DNA from: Chiloscyllium plagiosum
Lineage: Eukaryota
Length of the DNA: 33,171 nt
Assembly: GCF_004010195.1 (NCBI RefSeq)
Contig: NC_057751.1
Coordinates: 16,191,880-16,225,050, forward strand
Reading direction: 5' to 3'
Shown here one piece after another: positions 22,809-33,171 of this stretch; the stretch's first letter is position 1; the number at the start of each line of letters is the position of its first letter. A model generated the notes under the pieces. That model had not been told where the DNA came from and ran no database searches. It was given only the letters and a program-made list of their open reading frames with translations. The position numbers and the translations under genes were made by a program.

Positions 22809-23199
22809 CTACACAAGCAGAAACGAAAAACACAACCACAATGATCTCAGACCCAGACTCTCTCGCAACCTTGGCAACCGGGGCAGCGTCACACCTTCAC
22901 CCCTTCCCTGGCAACACCGACCCTGGTCCTTCCTCCCGCCCCCCCCCCCCCCCCCCCCCCCAATCCAGTACCTCAGTGTCGTGCTCCCCAGGTTTTAATC
23001 CCACACGGAAATCTGGTCATCCCTTGGAGTCCATGGGATGCCGGTATCGTTGGCTAGGCCAAGGGCTGTTCAGATTCACCCACAATGCAGTGGGGCTGGA
23101 GGCCAGAGTGGCCAATGTCCTTACCTCACACGACCATTGGCGAACCAGACAGATTTTTAATTCCGGGATTTATACGGAGTTCAAATTTGACTGGATACT

Positions 23200-23815
23200 C
23201 TGAAAAAGCTCTGAGGAGCTTTGTGACACAGAGGGGTCTTGAGGTACAAGTCTGCGACTCCCTGCAAGTGGACGAGGTGGGGCAGAAGGCGTTTGGCACG
23301 TTTGCCTTCATCGGTCGGGGCATACAAACGTCGCCAAGTTGTGTTGCTGCTGTATAAGACTTGGGTCAGGCCACCTTCGGAATCCTGGTCCTGGTCACCA
23401 CACTCTTGAAAGGATACAGGAAGGGGAGTGGGGGGGGAGTTGACCAGGATTTTACCCGGATTGGAGTGGATTAGCCACAGCAGGAGGTTGGACAAACCTG
23501 GAACATGTACCCTGGAGACACCCTGACAGAAGTCTATTCAATTATGAGGAGCCTGGATGGGGTCGATAGTCAGAGACATTATCGCAGGTCAGAAATATTG
23601 GAGGACATATGGTTAAGGTGAGGGAGGGGGAAAGTTTAGAGGAGATGTACAAGACTAGATTTTTCTAGATAAGCACCAGGAACACACTACCAGAAGCAGA
23701 TACGCTCGCTATGTTGGAAAGGCATTTAGAGAGACACATGGCCACACAGGGATATGATGATCACGTGCTGGCGGATAGGGTTAGTTCAGAATGGCAGCAT
23801 GGTCAGCACAGACTA
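23200..23815 (+). mobile_element. Old CR1 LINE 3' fragment
   Basis: Degenerate QRGLEVQV...KAFGTFAFIGRGI...CTGTATAAGACTTGGGTCAGGCCAC...; boundaries approximate. Confidence 0.7.
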
Positions 23816-24271
23816 TGACCATGAGCACAGGACTGAGCGATGTTTGATCGGTCACGTTAGGATTTGAACTCAGATTACTGTGATGCCGCCGCCCCCCCCC
23901 CGTGAATTAATCCCAGATAAACTGACGGTTGAGACATTGTGTCCCGCGCTCGTCAGGACACCTGGCAAGAGTGCCACGTTTCAAAATAACAACAATTCAT
24001 GCCACGGAGGAACTGGTTGGCAAAAATGCCTGAGTGTCGTCAGGGTGAGGAGTGGGGGAGGAAACACCCCGGGCTCCCTGGCAGTTTAAATCATCGCGAC
24101 CGTTTGAAAATTGGCACTCTTGCCAAGGGTCCTGATGAGCAGAGGATGGAGAAACCGCAGCAACTCATTTTCAGCGCTCTCCGAGGTGGGTGACATAGAG
24201 GGCGAGCAGAAAACGTAGGCAGCTCCGACAGGAACCAACCCCCAAGCAAAACTGAGGTTTGGCGTACGTAC

Positions 24272-24440
24272 GGTTTCAGCTTTATCGGGGGAGAGGTCAA
24301 TCCTCGCCTGTTTCTCAAAGATGACCTGCGATTTACTGAGGCTCAGATCCTTCCTCCTGCACTTGTTCACTTTGTGTTCGTGATCGTCTCTGCCCAAGGT
24401 TCCCTCCACCTTGTGTTCCAACAGTGGGTCCAAAACAGAG
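24272..24440 (-). CDS. dock5: DOCK5 exon: SVLDPLLEHKVEGTLGRDDHEHKVNKCRRKDLSLSKSQVIFEKQARIDLSPDKAET
   Basis: CTTGTCCCTGCAG| ... |GTACGT, 169 nt, phase 2-0, compatible with neighbours; S.L.PLLE and RKD.SLSKSQVI.EK match DOCK5. Confidence 0.88.
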
Positions 24441-24834
24441 CTGCAGGGACAAGACAATACCAAGATTCCTGTCTCCAACTGGAAAATGGCCTACCCTCGC
24501 CCTCCACCCCACTGAGAAACACCCCTTCCCTCAGCACTGCCCGCGGACTGGAGCTCTGCCCCCCACCCCCCCGAGGCTTCTGGGAGGCCTCGAGAGGTGG
24601 GAGGGGCCTCTCCCAATCTGGGCACCACCCTCCCTAACCCCCCGGAAAGTCCGGACCGACGTCGGATTGCGAACGCGCTCAAGGACGGGACCCCAATAGC
24701 TCTGTGGGATGTTTACAGGGGTTGGGGGCAAATGTTCTTCATGGGTCTCTTCATGCCCATCCATGACCTCTGACCCCCCCCCCCCCCCCACCCCCACAAT
24801 GTCCGACTCCTCAGGAATGTCCGGAAGGCGTAGC

Positions 24835-25285
24835 GGCCAATGTAGGCCATTCGGCCCATCGAGCCTGCTGCAGGTCTCCACCCCACTCCCGCTGCCTCTT
24901 ACCTCTCAATTCCCTTTCCTCCTTTATGGCCTTTGAGCAAACTTCACGACCCAGCCCTGGCAGCCCTCTGAGGTAAAGAATTCCACAAGTTCCCTCCTAT
25001 CGGCCAGAAGAAATTCCTCATCTCTGTCTTCAACGGGTGGCTCTCTGGTCCCAGACTCTCCCTCAAGGGGGAAACAATCTCTCCACATCTTCCCCCATCA
25101 CGTGCCCTCTAAGTATCTTGTATGTTCCCATATAGTCACCTCTCAGTCTTCTAAGGGAGTACTCAAGCCCCATCCTCATTGAGAGGGTCCCTCCATCCCC
25201 GGGATCAACCTTCTCTGGACTGCTTCCTCTGGCCGGTCTATCTCTGCTTGGATACAGGGCTCCCGAAACTGTTCGCGGTGTCCCA
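24835..25285 (-). mobile_element. Old CR1-like LINE 3' fragment
   Basis: GGCCATTCGGCCCATCGAGCCTGCT tail, AAGAATTCCACA...GAAGAAATTCCTCA and CCATCCCCGGGATCAACCT are typical reverse-complement CR1 3' segments; boundaries approximate. Confidence 0.6.
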
Positions 25286-25565
25286 GCTGGGGTCTCGGCT
25301 GAAGAGTGGGGGTTTGAATGATGGGGGAGGCGGTAAAAGACGCTTTCTTTTACTCTTTTGTCTCAGGGAGGGTCAACCCAACTTGGTGGGGGAGGGGGGG
25401 GCAGCCTGGCATTTTTCTGGGCATCCTGTGGTGTCCCGCCCCCTCACTCGGGCAGAGCCAATCGGAGCAGGACGGGCGAGATGGAGGCCCAGTTCGGGCG
25501 AGCTGGATTTGCATCGCCCTCCCGCACCCCGCTCCCCCTGCTGGCCGGAGGGCGCACACACCTAC

Positions 25566-25735
25566 CCGTCGGAGGCGGGCCGGGAGGAGGGGCCATCGGA
25601 GGAGGAGGAGGAGGAGCTTGACGCTGCTGAGGAGGCAACGGAGACAGTGGAGAGGCGCCACAGCGTCGACGACATGATGTACGGCAGGACCATGGATCCC
25701 GATCGGCTTCTCTTCCTGTCGATGAGAGAGGGAGC
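25566..25735 (-). CDS. dock5: DOCK5 exon (Ser-rich tail): APSLIDRKRSRSGSMVLPYIMSSTLWRLSTVSVASSAASSSSSSSSDGPSSRPASDG
   Basis: CAG| ... |GTAGG, 170 nt, phase 0-2; VLPYIMSSTL.RLS and SRP.SDG are DOCK5 tail motifs. Confidence 0.92.
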
Positions 25736-25827
25736 CTGTGGCCCGGGGGGGAAAGACGGTCAACAACGCTCGCCGAATATCCAACCTTTGCCCACACGCC
25801 AGGGACGCTCCTCCCCAGGGAGGGCAA

Positions 25828-26245
25828 GAAACGTCAACCGTCCCTTACATTTGCTAAACGGGACAGCAAACGGCCAACAACCCCGAGTATGCCGGTCATT
25901 TCCTTTTCCCCGCCCCACCCCGGGGAACAAGAAATGTCAGCCGTCCCTTACAGTCACGCGACAGGACAACCATCACGATCAATCCTGAGTGCGCTGGTAA
26001 TCCACCCCCCCACCCAACCTGTGGGTGACACAAAACCGTCAACCGTCCCTTACAGTCGCACGACAGGACAGCAATCAGCGAACAATTCTGAGTGCGCCTG
26101 TAATTCCCCCACCCCCCTACTCCCTGGTAAGGGGTGCAAACAAAAACGCCAACCCTCCCTGAAGGTCGCGTGACAGGACAACAATCGGCGAATAATCCCG
26201 AATGCACCAGTAATTCTCCCCACATCCCTTCCCCCCCCCCCCGCC
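25828..26245. repeat. ~105-bp diverged tandem repeat x4 in a DOCK5 intron
   Basis: CAACCGTCCCTTACAGTCGCACGACAGGACAACAATC...GAGTGCGC.GGTAAT.CCCC starts at ~25835, 25938, 26040 and 26150. Confidence 0.8.
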
Positions 26246-26505
26246 CTTGGGTGAACTTGGAGGAGTTGTGGGGTGGGGGCGGAGGGGAAAGGGGTGGCGT
26301 GCGGGGGTTCCCGTGGCTGGGTCCATCGGGCAACGGGAGCGACCCAATTGGGATTGACACCCTGTCCTGTCACAGGGTCAAGACCAAACGGGAGACCAAA
26401 GTGGGGTGTGGTGAGGGGGGGGGGGGGGGGGGAGGGGAGGAGGTGGAAGGGTTTCACTGATGCACTCTGCCCAGCCCCTGGCGATGACAGAAGGCGGAGA
26501 CTCAC

Positions 26506-26643
26506 CAGCGTGATGACCCCGTACAGTTTCTCCACCTTCTCCTTCAGCTCCTTGAAGCAGGCAGCGAGGCGGTTGTGCAGCGGCCTCAGCTCCTCTGTGG
26601 ATTTCTCGCCGTGGATCCGGATCCCTTCCGTCAACAACGGGAT
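26506..26643 (-). CDS. dock5: DOCK5 exon (end of DHR-2): IPLLTEGIRIHGEKSTEELRPLHNRLAACFKELKEKVEKLYGVITL
   Basis: CAG| ... |GTGAGT, 138 nt, phase 0-0; close to DOCK5 PLLTEGIRIHGEK...CF.ELKEKVEK.YGVITL. Confidence 0.95.
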
Positions 26644-27333
26644 CTGTGCGTGGGTGAGGGGTGAGGGGAAGCGGGAAAAGAGATGGGCGCACGGGAGACT
26701 GAGCGTGGCGCACCTGCCGTGACGAGCCACCTCGCTCGCGGGAAAGCTGATGCGACGGGGGGCAGCTCCACGGAAGCAAGGCCATTGGGCCCATCGCGTC
26801 ACCCCTCCCTCCCAAAACCCATTCACCGTCTCTCCCCTCCCTAATCACTGGCTCCCCCCCGACCCCCGGGGGAGAAAATGCCTTATCCATCCTTGTCTCT
26901 CACCCTTAAACGTCTCTTCGCCCTCCCCCGCCTATTCCCACATTTATTTCTCCACAATTATATATATATATTACATTACATTACATTACATTACAGTGTG
27001 GAAACAGGCACTTCGGCCACGAGGGACGCCTTCCCCCCCTTTTCATCGACATCTTGGAACGCGCAGCTCTCCCCTGCTTTTCTGAAAGGAACGGCGAGAG
27101 GATCGTTGCACTTCGGAGAAAAGGCGGGAAAGTGACAGTGGTGTTCGGCCATGATAGAGGGCGGGTCGCATCCCTGCGCAGCGCCACCGAGGGTCGCCCC
27201 TGAGAACTACATTCAGCATCAAGCTCGAACAGGGGCTGAGAGCATCTGTGCTCTACCCCGATTTACTTTGTGCGTCTGTCAGCAAGACCGGGCCTATTCC
27301 CACATTTATTTCTCCACAATTATATATATATAT

Positions 27334-27648
27334 ATTACATTACATTACATTACAGTGTGGAAACAGGCCCTTCGGCCCAACAAGTCCACACCGACCCGCC
27401 AAAGCGTAACCCACCCATGCCCCTATATTTACCCCTTACCTAACACTACGGGCAATTTAGCATGGCCAATTCACCTGACCCTGCACATCTTTGGAGTGTG
27501 GGAGGAAACCGGAGCACCCAGAGGAAACCCACGCAGACACGGGGAGGATGTGCAAACTCCACACAGTCAGTCGCCTGAGGCGGGAATTGAACCCGGGTCT
27601 CTGGCGCTGTGAGGCAGCAGTGCTAACTACTGTGCCACCGTGCCGCCC
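27334..27648 (-). mobile_element. HE1-like V-SINE, full length, single internal unit, (TAATG)n tail
   Basis: Same head, V-domain and tail as the copy at 20872-21160, in reverse complement. Confidence 0.92.
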
Positions 27649-28214
27649 AATATATCTTCATCTTTTACCCACAGCCCCACACTAACTGCGCTAAGCGCTT
27701 ATATTTTCCCTATTTCCACAGGCCGCGCGTTTATCCTATCATTCCGGCTTTTCCTTGTTACCTCGGGTTTTGCGGCGTGTTATCTGGTAGGTTTAGGTTT
27801 TGTTTTTGGGAGGAAGCGAGGGCGGTGGAGAATGAGAGTCGAGAGTGCAGCAGCGCCAGTCGGCATCCGAGGAGCGGGAGCGGTTTACGGATGCTGCCGG
27901 GTTACGACCTCGCGAGGAATTATGGGCCACGGGGAGAGGGCGGGCAAGTGGAATTGAAACGCCCATCCGCCATGATGGAGTGGACTCGATGGGCTGAATG
28001 GCCTGACTTCCACTCCTATGTCTTATGGGTCTGGGAAGGTTTTCCGGTATAAATTAACGGGATCTGCTTCTCTGCCTGTTACGCTGGCGTAACGTTCGGA
28101 TAGCGGGGGGAGACACCTGGACGCTATCCAGTCCGACGAGGGGGGATGTCAGCTTTCTCCCAGTGAGCTCCCTGTCTCATTCGGCTTGTCCGTTGTTTTT
28201 TTTTGTCTCCCTTC

Positions 28215-28776
28215 CCTATTCACGGGACGTTGGCGTCTCACCACCGTGCCCAGTTGCCCTCAGACAAAAACGGTTTGTTGAGGCCCTTTCACGGCAGCTG
28301 GGGGGGAGCCCAGCGACGAGCCGACCGCACGCCGCTGTGGTCTGGAGTCACGAGTAGGCCGGAGCGGGTAAGGGCGGCAGATTTGCTCCCCGCCAGAGGC
28401 CTGGGCACACAGGGTCTGAGCGTCCCGTTCGACATCGCCATCAGACCGGGGGGGGGGGGGGGAGAACGGGGTAAAGACCGTGGGAGAATGCCAATCACTT
28501 TGCTACCCACTTGTCGAAACAGCTCTTCCAGGGCACCTTCTGCCACCAGTCGCCACAGGCCGTGAGTTCCACTTACACCCCTTCCCCCACCACGTTGCGG
28601 GTGAAAACCTGTCCCTCAAATGCCCTCCTGCCCCTTCCCTTCAAACCGTGTCCCCTCCTTCCATCGAATTCAAATTCCACTGTCTGCCTGGCCGGGATTT
28701 GAACCCGGCTCCTCTCAACACCACCTGGGTCTCTAGGTTACAGTCCAGCGATAATACCACAAGGCCGACGCCTGCC
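28215..28776 (-). mobile_element. Deu-domain tRNA-SINE (SacSINE1-like), diverged, interrupted by a CR1-like fragment (~28480-28660)
   Basis: Minus head GTGGTATTATCGCTGGACTG...GGGTTCAAATCCC...GTGGAATTTGAATTC (28776-28665) and Deu core AAATCTGCCGCCCTTACCCGCTCCGGCCTACTCGTGACTCCAGACCACAGC (~28385-28333). Family name from recall. Confidence 0.65.
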
Positions 28777-29074
28777 TATAACCTTTGACCCCTTTAGAAA
28801 GGGGAACAGTTCCGGCCTGTTGCCTCAATGCTAGCAGGTCCTCTGTGTAGTGCGGAGACCAGAACTGCTCTCAGTACTCCTGCTCTGACCTCTAACCCTT
28901 GAGTTAAGTATTGTCCCCCCTTATTCAAAGATGTGTTTTTTTCCCCACTCAGATTGTTCACGGGATGTTTGCAAGAGTTGGCACGACCATCCCTAAATAT
29001 GACAATTTCGGGACTGCAAACATCATCTCTCAGTGCTTAGCCTGGCTCATATTAATTGATCCGACGTTCAAAAT

Positions 29075-29552
29075 GGGACACATGATAGTGAAGAAGGCAT
29101 CTTCTTTAATTGGTCAGAGTACTGAGTACAGGAGTTGGGAGGTCATGTTGTGGCTTTACAGGACATTGGTTAGGCCACTTTTAGAATACCCCACTCAATT
29201 CTGGTCTCCCTGCTATAGAAAGGATGTCTTAAACTGGAAACTGTTCAGACACGATGTTGCCAGAGGGGTTGAGCTATAGGGAGAGGCTGAACAGGCTGGG
29301 GCTGTTTTCCCTGGAGCGTCAGAGGCTGAGGGGGTGACCTTATAGAGGTTTATAAAATCATGAGGGGGCATGGATAAGATNNGTACGTGTATGGAATGAG
29401 CTGCCAGAGGAAGTGGTGGAGGCTGGTACAATTGCAACATTTAAAAGGCATCTGGATGGGGACATGGATAGGAAGGGTTTGGAGGGATACGGGCTGGGAC
29501 TGGGTTAGGTTGATTTGGCAGAGTTGGGGGTCGAAGGGTCTGTTTCTGTACC
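29075..29552 (+). mobile_element. CR1 LINE 3' fragment
   Basis: IGQSTEYRSWEVMLWLYRTLVRPLLEY..QFWSPCYRKD...VWNELPEEVVEAG plus tail. Confidence 0.85.
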
Positions 29553-29782
29553 CTAACCAAATTGGTGATCAAAGAGACCGGAAAACGGGCTGGTAGCGCT
29601 GTCAAAAACCCTCCTCTGGAGTTAGAGTCCAGAGATTCTTAAGCCTGGTTGGGGTGGAAGGGGAGAGGGGAGCAGTGCGACTGAGAGGGGTGAGGGGCAC
29701 GGCAGCCATAAATGAGGCCGTTCAGCCCCTCTGCTGAGCCACCCGACCGTGGCCTGTACAGCGCTGGAGCTCGTTCTCCTGG

Positions 29783-29813
<31 letters not shown>
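29783..29813. repeat. (CT)n microsatellite
   Basis: About 15 CT units. Confidence 0.9.
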
Positions 29814-29815
<2 letters not shown>

Positions 29816-29862
29816 GGCGATCCGCGGGGGAGGCTGTTTCTCTGGAGAGTTCATTAACCTAC

Positions 29863-29946
29863 CTGCAAAGCAATCAGCTGTTTCAACGTCTCTATCTTGT
29901 CTTGGTCTTCGGGGTGCTCTTGTAGGTACGTGGGGTGGAAGAACGC
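29863..29946 (-). CDS. dock5: DOCK5 exon: AFFHPTYLQEHPEDQDKIETLKQLIALQ
   Basis: CAG| ... |GTAGG, 84 nt, phase 0-0; matches AFFTEKYLQEHPEDQEKVELLKRLIALQ of DOCK5. Not in the ORF track. Confidence 0.93.
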
Positions 29947-30775
29947 CTGGCAGAGGACGCAGGAAAGATAGAGGTCCGACGAGAGAGAACAAAAACACGA
30001 AACAAATCAGATCGCGCCCGGCCGCAAATTGGCCAACTCTGCTGCCCACGTGGAGGCTGCTGGGTAAAGAACATTCCCTTTCCCTGAGCAGAGGACTTGA
30101 AGGGGAGCTGAAAATCGGGGTGGGGTTGGAGGAGGTGGGGGGGGGCAACTTTATCCCCAAGTGGACCCAGTTTCACTCCTTTATTGGTGGATAAGGTGGG
30201 ATAAAAGGGAGGATTGACCTTGCCCAGCACACTCATCACGACCCACGCAAGAACACCTCATCTCAAGCCATCGCAAGACTTGCTACTGGTCGGTCGGTTC
30301 CACTCGAATCGACTGGGCCGTTGCCGTGGAGAGAGAGCAATAGGGAATTATGGGACGCCCGGCAATTTGAAAATGGCACTTGGGTTCATCGCAGCCAGGG
30401 TGTGACCTCCCCTCCCCTCTTTGATCGATCAATAATTGCCATCCTTTTTTCTCAAGCCGTTAAAACTGGAGCTTGCTTGGGAGATGGGGCATTCTTGCCG
30501 TTGGGTCCTGGTGCGTGAAAGATCTTTGACAGTGAGGCTTTCTTGTTGGGCAACAACGCGTAATCCTCTGAGTGAACGTACGGTGTCTCTATCGAGTGTG
30601 CACACTACAACGCGAACGGATTCTCTTGCACGGCTCTGGCGACGCAGTCCGGATCATTCCAGGGGTTCTGTCCACCCGGGATTAAATGACCTTCCGACAG
30701 CGTTCGCTTCTGGCCTCTCTCTCTCTGGGAACCTGCCAGACCACACGCCCCTGACCCGTGGGGTAACACGCCTAC

Positions 30776-30952
30776 CTTCTCGTAATTGGCCATGCCACCC
30801 ATGACTCCGGCATCGACTATTCCTGACAGGAGCATGGAGAGGGGATGTGCCGGGAGCGATCGGTCCCAGGCGTACTGCTGCACCATGTTGCTGATTTTCT
30901 CGTTCATGCGCTCCATGGTCTCGATGGCGTTCTCCAGAGGGCTGACCTCCTC
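30776..30952 (-). CDS. dock5: DOCK5 exon (DHR-2 catalytic region): [59 protein letters not shown]
   Basis: CAG| ... |GTAGG, 177 nt, phase 0-0. [10 protein letters not shown] and GIVD..VMGG..NYEK are DOCK-A motifs; [15 protein letters not shown] is DOCK5-like. Confidence 0.95.
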
Positions 30953-31117
30953 CTGGGTCGGGGGGGGGGGCGGTGGGTGGAATCACAAACTTAGCTTTAA
31001 TGGGGGGGGCAGCTCCCATCCCTCTGAACCACCACCCACCACCCCAGCCAGCTCCGGTGCCTCTCCTGTTGTGGTCACCCTTAGGGTCTCCTGGTTAAGT
31101 TAAAGACAGCTGGAGAG

Positions 31118-31622
31118 CTGTGTGGGTGTGTGTGTGTCTGTGTCTGAGTGTGTGTGTGTCTGTGTGTGTGTCTGTGTGTGTCTGTCTNNNNNNNNNNNNN
31201 NNNNNNNNNNNNNNNNNNNNNNNNNNNNNNNNNNNNNNNATCCGACTTATGTCTGTGTCTGAGTGTGTGTGTGTATCTGAGCGTGTGTGTGTCTGAGTTG
31301 TGTGCGTATGTGTCTGGGTGTCTGTGTGTGTACCTGAGTGTGTGTATGTCTCTGTGTGTGTGTCTGAGTGTGTGTGTATGTCTGTGTTTGAATGTGTGTG
31401 TGTGTCTGAGTGTGTGTGTATGTCTATGTGAGAGAGAGTGTGAGTACATGTGTGTGAGTATGTGTGTGTGTGAGTACATGTGTGAGTGTGTGTGTGTGTG
31501 AGTACTTGTGTGTCTGTGTCTGAGTGTGAGTGTTTGTGTTTCTGTGTGTGAGTACATGTGTTTGTGTGTGTCTGTATCTGAGCGTGTGTGAGAGAGAGTG
31601 TGTCTGTGTGCATGAGTGTGTG
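31118..31622. repeat. Degenerate (GT)n microsatellite (N gap 31188-31239)
   Basis: Read directly; the source of the HT/CV-rich spurious ORFs. Confidence 0.95.
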
Positions 31623-31715
31623 GGACAGAGCAGCCCCACTTGATTATCCCCACACCCACAAACACCCACTCCCTCCACCCCCGACGCTCAGTAGCAGCAG
31701 TATATACAATCTACA

Positions 31716-32167
31716 AGATTAGATTAAATTCACCACAGTATGAAACAGGCCCGTTGGCCCAACAAGTCCACACCAACCCTCCAAATAGTCACCCACACAG
31801 ACCCATTTCCCTCTAACTAAAGTACCTAACACTATGGGCAATTTAGCATGGCCAATCCACCCTAACCTGCACATCCCTGAGCACTATGGGTAATTTAGCA
31901 CGGCCAATCCACCCTAACCTGCACATTCCTGAGCACTATGGGCAATTTAACATGGCCAATCCACCCTAACCTGCACATCCCTGAGCACTATGGGTAATTT
32001 AGCATGGCCAATCCACCCTAACCTGCACATCCCTGAAGGAAACCGGAGGAAACCCACACAGACACGGGGGGAGAATGTGCAAACTCCACACAGACGACAG
32101 TCACCCGAAGCTGGGATCGAACCCGGGTCCCTGGCGCCGTGAGGCAGCGGTGCTAACCACTGAGCCA
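31716..32167 (-). mobile_element. HE1-like V-SINE, near full length, with 4 tandem 52-bp units (31830-32037)
   Basis: tRNA-like head (TGGCTCAGTGGTTAGC...GGGTTCGATCCC), 4 units, CR1-like 3' tail ending in (AATCT)n. Confidence 0.9.
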
Positions 32168-32197
32168 ATGTCCCCCATGAACAAATCCAGTGCTCAC

Positions 32198-32284
32198 CGT
32201 CGTAGTAGCCTTGACCTCAAACCACTGGAGGATGCCCGGGAACTTATACATAGTTGTGTACGTGACCCGCTCGATCCACATTGT
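32198..32284 (-). CDS. dock5: DOCK5 exon (DHR-2): TMWIERVTYTTMYKFPGILQWFEVKATTT
   Basis: TTACAG| ... |GTGAG, 87 nt, phase 0-0; matches DOCK1/2/5 motif MWIERT...FPGIL.WFEV. Earlier exons lie in the N gap or beyond the window. Confidence 0.93.
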
Positions 32285-32884
32285 CTGTAACATAAAGAAC
32301 AGTCTTTTAAGCGTTGTCCTCTCCTGAGCCACCACGGAGGGCTGGTTATCAGTCTCTTCTCAAACTCTCGAGAGTCCTGCACCCNNNNNNNNNNNNNNNN
32401 NNNNNNNNNNNNNNNNNNNNNNNNNNNNNNNNNNNNNNNNNNNNNNNNNNNNNNNNNNNNNNNNNNNNNNNNNNNNNNNNNNNNNNNNNNNNNNNNNNNN
32501 NNNNNNNNNNNNNNNNNNNNNNNNNNNNNNNNNNNNNNNNNNNNNNNNNNNNNNNNNNNNNNNNNNNNNNNNNNNNNNNNNNNNNNNNNNNNNNNNNNNN
32601 NNNNNNNNNNNNNNNNNNNNNNNNNNNNNNNNNNNNNNNNNNNNNNNNNNNNNNNNNNNNNNNNNNNNNNNNNNNNNNNNNNNNNNNNNNNNNNNNNNNN
32701 NNNNNNNNNNNNNNNNNNNNNNNNNNNNNNNNNNNNNNNNNNNNNNNNNNNNNNNNNNNNNNNNNNNNNNNNNNNNNNNNNNNNNNNNNNNNNNNNNNNN
32801 NNNNNNNNNNNNNNNNNNNNNNNNNNNNNNNNNNNNNNNNNNNNNNNNNNNNNNNNNNNNNNNNNNNNNNNNNNNNNNNNNNNN

Positions 32885-33171
32885 GTTTGGAAGGTGGTGT
32901 CTGAGGAGCCTGGGGGGAGTTGCTGCAGTGCGTCTTGTAGATGGTACCCCCATGTCCCTGCTGCCCCTTGTCCTTCCCGATGGAAGTGGCCGTGGGGTTT
33001 GGAAGGTGGTGTCTGAGGAGCCTGGGGGGAGTTGCTGCAGTGCGTCTTGTAGATGGTACCCACTGCTGTTACTGAGCGTCGGGGGGTGGAGGAAGGGGAT
33101 GTTTGGTGAGTTTCTGCAGGGTATCTTGTAGATGGTACACACTGCTGTTACTGAGCGTCGGGGGGTGGAGG
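32885..33171 (-). mobile_element. Second-family LINE fragments with internal duplications
   Basis: A 64-bp block is repeated at 32885-32948 and 32997-33060; a 31-bp block at 33062-33092 and 33141-33171. Confidence 0.7.

Noticed and set aside
25179..25988. 269-aa + strand ORF with a poly-Glu run
   Set aside because: Antisense shadow of the DOCK5 Ser-rich exon (TCC repeats) plus GC-rich intron; non-ATG start, no recognisable domain.
31081..31678. His/Thr- and Cys/Val-rich ORFs
   Set aside because: Translations of the (GT)n microsatellite; the same applies near 13586-13888.
32194..33142. Long ORFs spanning N runs (also 3364-4008, 5754-6156, 9998-10550)
   Set aside because: Open only because N codons hide stops.

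Overview
Eukaryotic (vertebrate) genomic DNA, almost certainly a shark/elasmobranch draft scaffold, judged from HE1-type V-SINEs, a Deu-domain SINE, CR1 LINEs and N gaps. It holds two convergent genes. (1) A complete GnRH1 prepro-hormone gene on +: TATA box at 3423, putative non-coding exon 1 at ~3451-3480, coding exons 5487-5627, 6664-6741 and 7578-7610, and AATAAA at 7692. It encodes an 83-aa precursor with the decapeptide QHWSFDLRPG followed by GKR. (2) The 3' part of DOCK5 on -: eight phase-consistent coding exons between 32284 and 21750 covering the end of the DHR-2 GEF domain and the Ser/Pro-rich tail; the terminal exon is unresolved. The convergent GNRH1-DOCK5 arrangement matches known tetrapod synteny. 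The rest is retroposon debris. The most striking structure is a 52-bp unit from the interior of an HE1 V-SINE that is tandemly amplified at three separate loci, including a ~4.8-kb array with 79 identical units that may be partly an assembly artefact. Nearly all ORFs in the six-frame track are spurious or LINE fragments. Homology comparisons are from my recall of the reference proteins and repeats, not from searches. I find no wholly new biological system; the best leads are the Asp6 GnRH1, its promoter module, the SINE-derived minisatellite and the apparently altered DOCK5 C-terminus.
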